From Eledone cirrhosa (lineage: Eukaryota), in contig OZ024754.1 of NCBI GenBank assembly GCA_964016885.1, forward strand, positions 32,116,001 to 32,180,000: 64,000 nt of DNA. Reading direction: 5' to 3'. Shown in pieces: positions 39,845-54,274 of the stretch; positions within the stretch are counted from its first letter, which is position 1, and each line of letters begins with the position of its first letter. A program made the translations under genes and the position numbers. A model generated the notes under the pieces. The model made no database searches, was not told where the DNA came from, and saw only the letters and a list, made by a program, of their open reading frames with translations.

Positions 39845-41400
39845 TATGTAGTCGTTTGACCTACTAGAAATAGCAGCTAAATTACTTTCAAATTATCACC
39901 ATAATGTATTATATTGGAAGGACACACTATCTTTATTTGATGTAGTCCTACATACATATTAGCTGAAACAATTAAATTGGTTGGTCACAAGTGGAACGTC
40001 TTCTATCAGAATTCAATCTGGTCTGGTCGATCAAAGCTGACCTGGGGCTAAACAACCACGGCTACCTCTATTACAACAATAACAACAACAAAAGCAATGA
40101 AACAACAACTGCAAATGGCGCAAATAAAAGACAAGAACAACAACAGTCATAACAGCGACACTATGCAACAACAGTAACAACAACAACAGCAATACACTAA
40201 CAGCAGCAACAACAGCAACAGCAATACACTAACAGCAGCAACAACAGCAACAGCAATACACTAACAGCAGCAACAACAACAACAGCAACATCAATAACAC
40301 CAACAATCCTAACAACAATGACAGCAGCGCAACAGCAACAATAGCGACAACATTGCAGCAACAACAACAGCAGCAGCAGCAGTAACAACAACGAAGACAA
40401 CGTCAGCAACAACAACAGCAGTTACAACAACATCAACAACAACAGTTACAACAACAACAGCAGCAGCAACAGCAATAACGACAGCAACAATAACGGCAGT
40501 AACAACGAAAACAGCAGCAACAACAGCAGTTACAACAGCAGTTACAACAGCAGTTACAACAACAGCAGTTACAACAACAGCAGTTACAACAACAGCAGTG
40601 ACGGCAACAGCAACAGCAACAATAACAGCAGCAACAACAACAGCAGCCTCAGCAACAGCAACAACAGTAACAATAACAGCAGTAACAACAACAATGGCCG
40701 CAACAATAACAGCAACAGCAACAACGATAGCAGCAGTACAACAACAATGGCAGCAACAATAACGGCAGTAACAACAACAACAACAACAACAGCAATAGCT
40801 ACAGCAACAGTACAACAACAACAACAACGACAGCAAGAATACAACAACAATGACAGCAGCAACAACAACGACAGCAAAATCATCAATGACATTAACACCA
40901 ATAACAATAACGACAACGACACCAACAATACTAACAACGACAATAACAACACCGACAAACAATACACTATATGGTCCCTCGACCTGCCAGAGATAATAGC
41001 TAAATACGCCTCCGATTCACATCCTTACTGACTGATGTACCGACTACATTGCCAAATGTAGTCTTTAGATTGTCTCTAAATCGACAAGATGGTCACGGCT
41101 GGACGGTCTTTGGTCATAAACTTGCTTGAACAAAGCTGACCTGAGGCTTAACAATAACAATAACCACCATCACCATCACCAACACCACCAACAACATCAA
41201 CTATACGACCTGCTAGAAATAGCAGCCAAAGCTCCCTCCTTCCCTCAAAATATTGTTTTTAGAAAAAGGAAACAGTGAATATAATGAATGACCCCCGCTA
41301 CATAAAATGACAGGATGGTCACGGCTGGACAGGAACTTCTTTTATCTTATGTTTGCCCGATCCTGGGGCAAAACAACAACAGTATTAACAACAACAACAA
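39845..41400 (+). mobile_element. Three copies of a second SINE-like repeat separated by expanded (AAC/AGC)n
   Basis: gacct(a/g)ctagaaatagcagc..gatggtca.ggctgga..gctgacctggggct at ~39850, ~40975 and ~41207; also 27370, 35670, 43250(-) and 57840. Confidence 0.65.
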
Positions 41401-41593
41401 CACCTACCTTTAAATGCTTTTAATGTTCCTTGTTCTCTCTGTTTTTTTCTTCTTCTTCTGATTTCTTCTTTTTCTCTTTCTTTAATTCCCCCCGCATTTG
41501 TTGTTGTTCTTCTTTTTCTTCTTCCTATTCAGTTAAATAGCCACATCGAATCAACGGAATCGAATCTCCCACGTCGGTCTATTGAACAGAGAT

Positions 41594-42535
41594 ATCACCA
41601 CCGCCACCACCACCATCATCAATAATGACTATTGCGTCTACTGTCACCACCACGACCACCGCCACCACCACCACCATCAATGATAACTACTGCTTCTACT
41701 ATCACCACCGCCACCGCCACCACCACCATCAATAATAACTACTGCTTCTACTATCACCACCGCCACCACCGATAATAACTACTACTACCACCACCACCAC
41801 CACCACCATCAATAATAACTACTACTACCACCACCACCACGACCACCATCAATAACTACTGCTTCTACTATCACCACCACCACCACCACCATCAATAACT
41901 ACTGCTTCTACTATCACCACCACCACCATCAATAATAACTACTGCTTCTACTATCACCACCGCCACCACCGATAATAACTACTACTACCACCACCACCAC
42001 CACCACCATCAATAATAACTACTACTACCACCACCACCACCACCACCATCAATAACTACTGCTTCCACTATCACCACCGCCACCACCACCACCATCAATA
42101 ATAACTACTGCTTCTACTATCACCACCACCACCACCACCATCAATAACTACTGCTTCTACTATCACCACCGCCACCATCAATAATAACTACTGCTTCTAC
42201 TATCACCACCGCCACCATCAATAATAACTACTGCTTCTACTATCACCACCACCACCATCAATAATAACTACTGCTTCTACTATCACCACCGCCACCATCA
42301 ATAATAACTACTGCTTCTACTATCACCACCACCACCATCAATAATAACTACTGCTTCTACTATCACCACCACCACCATCAATAATAACTACTGCTTCTAC
42401 TATCACCACCACCACCATCAATAATAACTACTGCTTCTACTATCACCGCCACCACCATCAATAATAACTACTGCTTCTACTATCACCACCGCCACCACCG
42501 ATAATAACTACTACCACCACCACCACCACCACCAC
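41594..42535. repeat. About 40-bp minisatellite derived from (ACC/ACT)n
   Basis: Unit accaccatcaataataactactgcttctactatcaccacc. Confidence 0.9.
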
Positions 42536-42660
42536 TAGCACTTGCACAACTATCAACAACAACAACTGCAACAACAATAACAACAGCAACTACCACAAGA
42601 GTAACAGCAATAGAAGTTAGAAATACAACTACCACCCTACCATTGCTGCTGCTGCTGCTG

Positions 42661-42723
<63 letters not shown>

Positions 42724-42810
42724 TTACTACTACTACTACTACCATTACTGTTGCTGCTGCTGCTGTTATTACTACTACTGATAAATGGCTATCAGGCAGT
42801 GCTGTGATAA

Positions 42811-42844
<34 letters not shown>

Positions 42845-43213
42845 ATGTATGTATGTATGTATGTATGTATGTATGTATGTATGTATGTATGTATGTATGC
42901 GTGTGTATGTATGCGTGTGTATGTGTGTATGTATGTATGTGTGTATGTATGTGTGTATGTGTGTATGTATGCATGTAAGTATGTATGTATGTATGTATGT
43001 ATGCGTGTGTGTATGTATGCATGTATGTATGTATGTATGTATGTATGTATGTATGTATGTATGCGTGTGTATGTATGCGTGTGTATGTGTATGTATGTAC
43101 GTATGTGTGTAGTGCAATGTAGAGCGGTGTGGAGTGATATGTACTTTTCTTGTTGCTTCGCATCAGGTCAACCTTGATGGTGCAACCTTCCAGCCGTGGC
43201 TATCCCGTTTAAA

Positions 43214-43247
<34 letters not shown>

Positions 43248-43419
43248 CAGGGACTACATTGTCAAATATCTACCCCAGGATGTGATTTGAGGACGATTTG
43301 GCTGCTATTTCTAGCAGATCGAAACACCACGTACAGGCTTTGCTGGTTTCTGCTCAAGTATTGTATGTATGGGTTGTGGTGTAATGTAGTAAGGTATAGT
43401 GTCGTATATTGTAGTATAG

Positions 43420-44840
43420 TATAGTGTGGTGAGGTGTACTATAGTGTGGTTGGGTGTGGTGTGGTGTCCTGTTCTATAATGTGGTATAGTGTGGTGAGGT
43501 GTACTATAGAATGGTGTGGTATAGTGTGTTGAGGTGTAATATAGTATGGTGTGATGTGGTGTAGTATAGTATGGTGTGGTGTAGTGTGGTGTGGTGTCCT
43601 GTGGTATAGTGTGGTGAGGTGTACTATAGAATGGTGTGGTATAGTGTGTTGAGGTGTAATATAGTATGGTGTGATGTGGTGTAGTATAGTATGGTGTGGT
43701 GTAGTGTGGTGTGGTGTCCTGTGGTATAGTGTGGTGAGGTGTACTATAGTATGGTGTGATGTGGTGTAGTATAGTATGGTGTGGTGTAGTGTGGTGTGGT
43801 GTCCTGTGGTATAGTGTGGTGAGGTGTACTATAGAATGGTGTGGTATAGTGTGTTGAGGTGTAATATAGTATGGTGTGATGTGGTGTAGTATAGTATGGT
43901 GTGGTGTAGTGTGGTGTGGTGTCCTGTGGTATAGTGTGGTGAGGTGTACTATAGTATGGTGTGATGTGGTGTAGTATAGTATGGTGTGGTGTAGTGTGGT
44001 GTGGTGTCCTGTGGTATAGTGTGGTGAGGTGTACTATAGAATGGTGTGGTATAGTGTGTTGAGGTGTAATATAGTATGGTGTGATGTGGTGTAGTATAGT
44101 ATGGTGTGGTGTAGTGTGGTGTGGTGTCCTGTGGTATAGTGTGGTGAGGTGTACTATAGAATGGTGTGGTATAGTGTGTTGAGGTGTAATATAGTATGGT
44201 GTGATGTGGTGTAGTATAGTATGGTGTGGTGTAGTGTGGTGTGGTGTCCTGTGGTATAGTGTGGTGAGGTGTACTATAGTATGGTGTGATGTGGTGTAGT
44301 ATAGTATGGTGTGGTGTAGTGTGGTGTGGTGTCCTGTGGTATAGTGTGGTGAGGTGTACTATAGAATGGTGTGGTATAGTGTGTTGAGGTGTAATATAGT
44401 ATGGTGTGATGTGGTGTAGTATAGTATGGTGTGGTGTAGTGTGGTGTGGTGTCCTGTGGTATAGTGTGGTGAGGTGTACTATAGTATGGTGTGATGTGGT
44501 GTAGTATAGTATGGTGTGGTGTAGTGTGGTGTGGTGTCCTGTGGTATAGTGTGGTGAGGTGTACTATAGTATGGTGTGATGTGGTGAGGTGTCCTGTTCT
44601 ATAATGTGGTATAATGTGGTGAGGTGTACTATAGAATGGTGTGATGTGGTGAGGTGTCCTGTTCTATAATGTGGTGAGGTGTACTATAGAATGGTGCAGT
44701 GTGGTGAGGTGTACTATAGAATGGTGCAGTGTGGTGTGGTGTCCTGTTCTATAATGTGGTATAGTGTGGTGAGGTGTACTATAGTATGGTGTGATGTGGT
44801 GTGGTGTCCTGTTCTATAATGTGTTAGTGTGGTGAGATGT
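43420..44840. repeat. Pentamer-based higher-order repeat (120- and 85-bp units)
   Basis: GTGTG/GTATA/GTATG pentamers punctuated by gtcct. Confidence 0.85.
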
Positions 44841-44909
44841 AGTATAGTATAGCGTCATGTACTGTAATGTGGTATAGTGCAATGTGGTGTTATATTCTAT
44901 AATGTCGTA

Positions 44910-47140
44910 TAATATGGTCTGGTGTACTATACTATGATGTGGTATAGTGTGGTCTGGTGCACTATACTATGATATGGTATAGTGTGGTCTGGTGCACTAT
45001 ACTATGATATGGTATAGTGTGGTCTGGTGCACTATACTATGATATGGTATAAAGTGGTCTGGTGCACTATACTATGATATGGTATAGTGTGGTCTGGTGC
45101 ACTATACTATGATGTGGTATAATGTGGTCTGGTGCACTATACTATGATGTGGTATAGTGTGGTCTGGTGTACTATACTATGATATGGTATAATGTGGTCT
45201 GGTGCACTGTACTATGATATGGTATAGTGTGGTCTGGTGTACTATACTATGATGTGGTATAGTGTGGTTTGGTGCACTATACTATGATGTGGTATAATGT
45301 GGTCTGGTGTACTATACTATGATATGGTATAGTGTGGTCTGGTGCACTATACTATGATATGGTATAGTGTGGTCTGGTGTACTATACTATGATGTGGTAT
45401 AGTGTGGTTTGGTGCACTATACTATGATGTGGTATAATGTGGTCTGGTGTACTATACTATGATATGGTATAGTGTGGTCTGGTGCACTATACTATGATAT
45501 GGTATAGTGTGGTCTGGTGCACTATACTATGATATGGTATAGTGTGGTCTGGTGCACTATACTATGATATGGTATAGTGTGGTCTGGTGCACTATACTAT
45601 GATGTGGTATAGTGTGGTCTGGTGCACTATACTATGATATGGTATAGTGTGGTCTGGTGCACTATACTATGATGTGGTATAGTGTGGTCTGGTGTACTAT
45701 CCTATGATATGGTATAATGTGGTCTGGTGCACTGTACTATGATATGGTATAGTGTGGTCTGGTGTACTATACTATGATGCGGTATAGTGTGGTCTGGTGC
45801 ACTGTACTATGATATGATATAGTGTGGTCTGGTGTACTATACTATGATGCGGTATAGTGTGGTCTGGTGCACTGTACTATGATGTGGTATAGTGTGGTCT
45901 GGTGTACTATACTACGATGCGGTATAGTGTGGTCTGGTGCACTATACTATGATATGGTATAGTGTGGTCTGGTGTACTATACTATGATATGGTATAGTGT
46001 GGTCTGGTGCACTATACTATGATATGGTATAGTGTGGTCTGGTGCACTATACTATGATGTGGTATAGTGTGGTCTGGTGTACTATACTATGATATGGTAT
46101 AGTGTGCTCTGGTGCACTATACTATGATATGGTATAGTGTGGTCTGGTGCACTATACTATGATATGGTATAGTGTGGTCTGGTGCACTATACTATGATGC
46201 GGTATAGTGTGGTCTGGTGCACTGTACTATGATATGGTATAGTGTGGTCTGGTGCACTATACTATGATATGGTATAGTGTGGTCTGGTGTACTATACTAT
46301 GATATGGTATAGTGTGGTCTGGTGCACTATACTATGATGCGGTATAGTGTGGTCTGGTGCACTGTACTATGATATGGTATAGTGTGGTCTGGTGCACTAT
46401 ACTATGATATGGTATAGTGTGGTCTGGTGCACTATACTATGATGCGGTATAGTGTGGTCTGGTGCACTGTACTATGATATGGTATAGTGTGGTCTGGTGT
46501 ACTATACTATGATATGGTATAGTGTGGTCTGGTGTACTATACTATGATATGGTATAGTGTGGTCTGGTGCACTATACTATGATGTGGTATAGTGTGGTCT
46601 GGTGTACTATACTATGATGTGGTATAGTGTGGTCTGGTGTACTATACTATGATGTGGTATAGTGTGGTTTGGTGTACTATACTATGATATGGTATAGTGT
46701 GGTCTGGTGCACTATACTATGATATGGTATAGTGTGGTCTGGTGTACTATACTATGATGCGGTATAGTGTGGTCTGGTGCACTATACTATGATGCGGTAT
46801 AGTGTGGTCTGGTGCACTGTACTATGATATGGTATAGTGTGGTCTGGTGTACTATACTATGATATGGTATAGTGTGGTCTGGTGTACTATACTATGATGC
46901 GGTATAGTGTGGTCTGGTGTACTATACTATGATATGGTATAGTGTGGTCTGGTGCACTATACTATGATGTGGTATAGTGTGCTCTGGTGCACTATACTAT
47001 GATATGGTATAATGTGGTCTGGTGTACTATACTATGATGTGGTATAGTGTGGTCTGGTGTACTATACTATGATATGGTATAGTGTGGTCTGGTGCACTAT
47101 ACTATGATGTGGTATAGTGTGGTCTGGTGCACTATACTAT
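44910..47140. repeat. 35-bp minisatellite, about 63 copies
   Basis: Unit ggtatagtgtggtctggtgcactatactatgatat. Confidence 0.95.
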
Positions 47141-47168
47141 AATATTATATGATTTACAGCTATGATGT

Positions 47169-47216
<48 letters not shown>

Positions 47217-47554
47217 ATAGTAGTAGTAGTAGTAGTAGTAGTAGTAAAGTAGTAGTGGTAGTAGTTATCGAAGTGTTTAATATGTCGTGGGATAATGTGT
47301 TAGTGTTATATATAGAAGTGTGTTAGTGCTGTAGTGTATATCTCGGGTCTTAAATAATAGGGTGGGTGGGTGGAATTAGCGGCGATGTGTAGTTGGGGGG
47401 CTGGAAATTCAGTAAGTTCTCTAGGTTGTCTCAGTTGAGTTTTTAAAAACCAGAATTAGTGGTTTAGTTTACATATTTAGACCTTAAACCATCCTACTTA
47501 TTTTATAACATACAAGCCGAAGCTGAAGCATATAGACAATATGCCCCCCACACC

Positions 47555-47816
47555 CTCCCACTGCAAAGTGGTCGTGGAGGCGCCACGGCAAAAAAGCACC
47601 CAGCCCACACTGTAAAGTGGAAGTGTAGGCGCTATGGGGAAAAAAACACCCATCACTCACTGTGAATGAGGTTGGTGTTAGGGAGGGCATCCTGCTGTAG
47701 AAATCAAGCCAGAATCAGTTCCCGTATGAGCAAGGCATGGTCAGTCGACCGGACACTGCCCACAACAGGACAACCCGTCTAACCCATGCTAGCGTGGAAG
47801 AACGGACGTAAAACGG

Positions 47817-47867
<51 letters not shown>
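47555..47867 (+). mobile_element. RTE LINE 3' UTR with (GAT)n tail
   Basis: aacccatgctagcgtggaa..ggacgtaaaacg(gat)n, homologous to 29234-29460. Confidence 0.8.
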
Positions 47868-47868
<1 letters not shown>

Positions 47869-48071
47869 AGGATTTCTAGTAATGTACTTTTTTTTTATCA
47901 TGTAGTGTAATGTTTGTTCATGCACAAAGAAAATTGTCGCAGGAATGCTACTACTTAAAATAAAATTTCACCGGAGATAGATTAGTAAAATTTAATAAGT
48001 GAGAGGTGGAAAAAAATTTGAAAAATTAATGAGCTGGGCAGTGGCGATGATGGGTGAGCCGGGAGAATATA

Positions 48072-48172
48072 ATAATTGTTTCTACTTTTGGCACAAGGCC
48101 AGCAATTATCCCAGTGCATTACTGGTACTTTATTTTATCGACCCCGTAAGGATGAAAGGCAAAGTTAACCTC
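48072..48172 (-). mobile_element. SINE 3' half
   Basis: Core and 3' end match. Confidence 0.8.
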
Positions 48173-48313
48173 GATAATGTGTTAAGTTAAGAAGATCATC
48201 TTTATGTGATAGGTGTTTGCTTTTATAGCGGTTGTTGGTGATGTTGTTTAACCCCAGGTTAGCTCTGCTTGAACAGTCCTTGTGGTCAACATTATTCAAA
48301 CTAAGAATATCAC

Positions 48314-48314
<1 letters not shown>

Positions 48315-48360
<46 letters not shown>

Positions 48361-49888
48361 GTGCGTATGTGTGTGTATGTTGTGTGTGTTGTGTGCATAT
48401 GTGTGTTTATGTGTGTATGTGTGTAAATATGTGTTGTGTGATGTGTGTGTATGTGTGCTGTGTGAGTCTCTGTGTGTATGTGTGTGTATGTTGTGTGTGT
48501 GTTGTGTGAATATGTGTGTTTATGTGTGTATATGTGTGTAAATATGTGTTGTGTGATGTGTGTGTATGTGTGCTGTGTGAGTCTCTGTGTGTATGTGTCT
48601 GTATGTTGTGTGTGTGTTGTGTGAATATGTGTGTTTATGTGTGTATGTGTGTAAATATGTGTTGTGTGATGTGTGTGTATGTGTGCTGTGTGAGTCTCTG
48701 TGTGTATGTGTGTGTATGTTGTGTGTGTGTTGTGTGAATATGTGTGTTTATGTGTGTATGTGTGTAAATATGTGTTGTGTGATGTGTGTGTATGTGTGCT
48801 GTGTGAGTCTCTGTGTGTATGTGTGTGTATGTTGTGTGTGTGTTGTGTGAATATGTGTGTTTATGTGTGTATATGTGTGTAAATATGTGTTGTGTGATGT
48901 GTGTGTATGTGTGCTGTGTGAGTCTCTGTGTGTATGTGTGTGTATGTTGTGTGTGTGTTGTGTGAATATGTGTGTTTATGTGTGTATGTGTGTAAATATG
49001 TGTTGTGTGATGTGTGTGTATGTGTTGTGTGTGTGCTGTGTGAGTCTGTGTGTATGTTGTGTGTGTTGTGTGAATATGTGTGTTTATGTGTGTAAATATG
49101 TGTTGTGTGATGTGTGTGTATGTGTTGTGTGTGTGCTGTGTGAGTCTGTGTGTATGTGTGTGTATGTTGTGTGTGTGTTGTGTGAATATGTGTGTTTATG
49201 TGTGTATATGTGTAAATACGTGTTGTGTGTGTGCTGTGTGAGTCTCTGTGTGTATGTGTGTGTATGTTGTGTGTATGTTGTGTGAATATGTGTGTAAATA
49301 TGTGTTGTGTGATGTGTGTGTATGTGTTGTGTGTGTGCTGTGTGAGTCTCTGTGTGTATGTGTGTGTATGTTGTGTGTATGTTGTGTGAATATGTGTGTT
49401 TATGTGTGTATGTGTGTAAATATGTGTTGTGTGGTGTGTGTGTGTAAATGTGTGTTGAGTGTATGTAAACGTGTGTCCACTATATGTATGTGTGTGTGTG
49501 TATATGAGTTGCATGTGTGAGTGTGAGTTGTATGTGTGTGTGTGCGTGTATGAGTTGTATGTGTATATGTGTGTGTGTGCATGTATGAGCTGTATGTGTA
49601 TGTGTATATATGTGTGTGTGTGTGGGTGTATGAGTTGTATGTGTATGTGTATATGTGTGTGCATGTATGAGTTGTATGTGTATGTGTATGTGTGTGTGTG
49701 CGTGTATTAGTTGTATGTGTATGTGTATATGTGTGTGTGTGTGTGCATGTATGCGTTGTATGTGTATGTGTATATGTGTATGCATGTATGAGTTGTATGT
49801 GTATGTGTATATGTGTGTGTGTGTGCGTGTATGAGTTGTATGTGCGTGCGTGTATGAGTTGTATGTGTATGTGTATATGTATGTGCGT
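48315..49888. repeat. (TG)n-derived compound satellite (~113-bp higher-order unit in the first half)
   Basis: Recurring gctgtgtgagtctctg and gtaaatatg markers. Confidence 0.85.
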
Positions 49889-49891
49889 ATC

Positions 49892-50054
49892 TAGGGCCTA
49901 TGATAGGGGGATCCAGCTGGTACTTTGTTGCGGGTCCCAAGAACTGAGAAGGCCCCACAGCAACCATGCAACATCCATTTTGAGAAAAATCTGGGCCTGC
50001 TTCGGGCCCCAAAGGGGTCTTGTACCGCCTTGCAAGATTTTTCTTGGAGGCCCT
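49892..50054. mobile_element. Possible Harbinger-like MITE
   Basis: Ends agggcct / aggccct with GC-rich subterminal motifs. Confidence 0.4.
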
Positions 50055-50189
50055 GTGTATGTGTGAGTTGTATCTATATGTGTGTGCGTGAGTATGTGCG
50101 TGTGTAAGTTGTATGTGTGATTGTGCGTGCGTGTGTGAATTGTATGTGTATGTGTGTGTGTATATATATATATATATGTGTGTGTGTTT

Positions 50190-50352
50190 ATACCGGGTTC
50201 AATCGGAGGTAACTGAACTCAATACATAGCAGAGTATAACTATTTAATATAGAAATGGCTTCTACGGGACTAGAACTGTTTCATTCGGAAGAAATCATGA
50301 TTTCTTCCGAATGAAACAGCTCTAGCCCTGTAGAAGCCATTTCTATATTTAA
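50190..50352. mobile_element. Family A-related fold-back element turning inside the HHR core
   Basis: Palindrome centre TCA|TGA at 50297/50298; TGA-TTTC ttcc GAAT-GAA-ACAG ctctagcc CTGT-A-GAAGCC. Confidence 0.75.
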
Positions 50353-50359
50353 TATACAT

Positions 50360-50724
50360 ATATATATGTGTGTGCGTGTGCGTGTGTGTGTGTGTGAATT
50401 GTATGTGTATGTGTGTGTGTGTGTGTTGTATATGTATATGTATGTGTATGTATATATTTATATATATATGTATGTGTGTGTGTATATATATATATATATG
50501 TGTGCGCGTGTGTGTGTGTGAATTGTATGTGTGTGTGTGTGTGTGTTGTATATGTATATGTATGTGTATGTATATATTTATATATATATGTATGTGTGTG
50601 TGTATATATATATATATATGTGTGTGTGCGCGTGTGTGTGTGTGAATTGTATGTGTGTGTGTGTGTGTTGTATATGTATATGTATGTGTATGTATATATT
50701 TATATATATATGTATGTGTGTGTG

Positions 50725-50756
<32 letters not shown>

Positions 50757-50798
50757 AATTGTATGTGTGTGTTGTATATGTATATGTATGTGTGTGTG

Positions 50799-50831
<33 letters not shown>

Positions 50832-50932
50832 ATATATATATATATGTGTGTGTGTGAATTGTATGTGTGTGTGTTGTATATGTATATGTATGTGTATGTA
50901 TATATTTATATATATATATGTATGTGTGTGTG

Positions 50933-50965
<33 letters not shown>

Positions 50966-51059
50966 ATGTGTGTGTGTTGTGCGTGTGAATTGTATGTGTG
51001 TGTGTGTGTTGTATATGTATATGTATGTATATATTTATATATATATGTATGTGTGTGTG

Positions 51060-51090
<31 letters not shown>

Positions 51091-51159
51091 TGTGCGTGTG
51101 TGTGTTGTATATGTATGTGTATGTATATATTTATATATATATATATGTATGATTGTGTG

Positions 51160-51215
<56 letters not shown>

Positions 51216-51293
51216 TGTGTGTGAATTGTATGTGTGTGTGTTGTATATGTATATGTATGTGTATGTATATATTTATATATATATGTATGTGTG

Positions 51294-51337
<44 letters not shown>

Positions 51338-51419
51338 AATTGTATGTGTGTGTGTGTGTGTTGTATATGTGTATGTGTGTGTATGTATATATTTATATAT
51401 ATATATGTATGTGTGTGTG

Positions 51420-51451
<32 letters not shown>

Positions 51452-51523
51452 AATTGTATGTGTGTGTGTTGTATATGTATATGTATGTGTATGTATATAT
51501 TTATATATATATGTATGTGTGTG

Positions 51524-51560
<37 letters not shown>

Positions 51561-51660
51561 ATGTGTGTGTGTTGTGCGTGTGAATTGTATGTGTGTGTGT
51601 GTGTTGTATATGTATATGTATGTGTATGTATATATTTATATATATATGTATGTGTGTGTG

Positions 51661-51692
<32 letters not shown>

Positions 51693-51768
51693 AATTGTAT
51701 GTGTGTGTGTTGTATATGTATATGTATGTGCATGTATATATTTATATATATATATGTATGTGTGTGTG

Positions 51769-51801
<33 letters not shown>

Positions 51802-51874
51802 ATGTGTATGTGTGTGTGTGTGTGAATTGTATGTGTGTGTGTTGTATATGTATATGTATGTGTATGTATATATT

Positions 51875-51939
<65 letters not shown>

Positions 51940-52009
51940 ATGTGTGTGTGTTGTGCGTGTGAATTGTATGTGTGTGTGTGTGTTGTATATGTATATGTAT
52001 GCATATATT

Positions 52010-52066
<57 letters not shown>

Positions 52067-52261
52067 TGTGCGTGTGTGTGTTGTATATGTATGTGTATGT
52101 ATATATTTATATATATATATATGTATGATTGTGTGTATATATATATATATATATGTGTGTGTGCGCGTGTGTGTGTGTGTGTGTGTGAATTGTATGTGTG
52201 TGTGTTGTATATGTATATGTATGTGTATGTATATATTTATATATATATATATATGTATGTG

Positions 52262-52316
<55 letters not shown>

Positions 52317-52416
52317 ATGTGTGTGTGTTGTGCGTGTGAATTGTATGTGTGTGTGTGTGTTGTATATGTATATGTATGTGTATGTATATATTTATATATA
52401 TATGTATGTGTGTGTG

Positions 52417-52454
<38 letters not shown>

Positions 52455-52490
52455 CGTGTGTGTGTGTGTATGTGTGTGTGTTGTGCGTGT
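50360..52490. repeat. Compound (TG)n/(TA)n higher-order repeat
   Basis: Recurring gtgaattgtatgtg marker about every 100-125 bp. Confidence 0.85.
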
Positions 52491-53334
52491 GCAGAAGGTT
52501 AGATGGTGGAGTTGCTCCTACTTATTTTTCTCTTCCTCCTTCTCATCACTCTTCAATGCTGGGATGGTAGCTATGGCCAACAACAACAACAACAATGAAA
52601 TATATATAGTTCCGATGAAAACGTAGAGCAACACTGGCGTTCGAGCCATCCCCGCCGCTCTACCACCACCACCACCGGCGGCGCCTCTACAACGATGTAC
52701 GCCACCACCACCACCACCAATACTATAACGGCCTGTTCTTCTCTGACCCTCACCCTCTCTCCTCGTTCTCTCCGCAATACTCACATCGTCCATCATTTGA
52801 TATAACCATTGAACAAATGAACGACTGGCTCACTAACTATCCGTATATCTGTCTGTCTGTCTCATAACCCGTCTGTCTGTCAGTCTGACTGACTTTCTGT
52901 CTGTCTGCTGCCTGTCTGTCAGTCTGACTGACTGACTGACTGACTGCCTATCTGTCTATCTGTCTGTCAGTCTGACCGTTTGCCTGCCTTTCTGTCTCTC
53001 AGTCAGTCTGTCAGTCTGACTGCCTGTGTTCGTTGACAAATGACTTGCAGACGACCATGCAGATATCTATTAATTAATTACATTAGCAATAGCACTAACA
53101 CAGGGTGATTCATAATAGCTCCGCATATGAAAGCATATGCAATGTGTTTATGATAAATATAGAAAAGTCTCGCTGTGGGTATTTCAAGAAGTGATCATGT
53201 CACAGCTACCACAGTAGCAGCGGGAGAACGCTTAAAATACCCACAACGAGACATTTATTACATTACTATACACAAACCACATTGTATTGTATATGATTTC
53301 ACATACGTCTCAAGACATATCTATATCTATAGAC

Positions 53335-53382
<48 letters not shown>

Positions 53383-53493
53383 GTCTTTGTATGTATGTAT
53401 ATATAGACGTATATATGTATATATACGTCTTTATATACATACATACATACATACATACATACATACAAAGACGTATACATACATACAAAGACG

Positions 53494-53527
<34 letters not shown>

Positions 53528-53552
53528 CATGTATATATATATATGTATATAT

Positions 53553-53920
53553 AGTTTTAATATAGATGAGATTCTACAGGACTAGAACTGTTTCATTCTT
53601 TAGAAATCATCAGGAATCTGGGTATCAAAAAAATAAATATGGTATTTATAGGTCTCTTCAGATGGTAGGAGAGGGTAGGGAGTGGGATGGGTGGAGGTCA
53701 TTGGTTGATAGAAAAGGGTATTCATTAAGAGCTAATTCTTCAAAGCTATAGTTTATATTTAGAGTAACAAAGGCAGAAAGAATTCTATAAACAAGTTCAG
53801 AATGGGGTGCCACTCCTTATTTTTAAGTTTCTCTTAAGCTAACAACGCCTAGATTTCAGGTGTCTATAAGATCATTGGGGGTCAGTCATGGTTGATGGAT
53901 TTAAAGAAAAGGGAAATTCT
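53553..53920 (-). mobile_element. Family A element, longest copy (HHR 53570-53618)
   Basis: Tail-less end identical to 6407; about 300 bp of 5' extension. Confidence 0.85.
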
Positions 53921-53974
53921 ATATATATATATAATTTTATATATATATATATATTATATTTTATATATATATAT

Positions 53975-54242
53975 ATAGTTATGTAATAAACAACATAAGG
54001 CAATTATTCCATTTACCAGTGGTTTCTTAAAAGCAAAAGATTTTGCTTTCAATCCTCAGAATGAAAAAATCCTGGTCTGTTTATTGATTTTTTCATTCTG
54101 AGGATTGAAAGCAAAATCTTTTGCTTTTAAGAAACCACTGGTAAATGGAATAATTGCCTTATGTTGTTTATTACATAACTATTAAGCTCTGTTACCTACA
54201 TAGAGCACTCTTTTTTCCTGGACTTTTCCGACGGAATTACTT
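53975..54242. mobile_element. Fold-back HHR element family H
   Basis: Perfect 97-bp arms 53975-54071 / 54086-54182 plus tail. Confidence 0.88.
54092..54149 (+). ncRNA. Type-I hammerhead ribozyme (family H); mirror copy at 54008-54065 (-)
   Basis: TTCATT-CTGAGGA-TTGAAAGCAAAA tc TTTTGCTTTTAA-GAA-ACC act GGT-A-AATGGA. Confidence 0.8.
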
Positions 54243-54274
54243 TATTCATTCACACACACACATATATATATATA

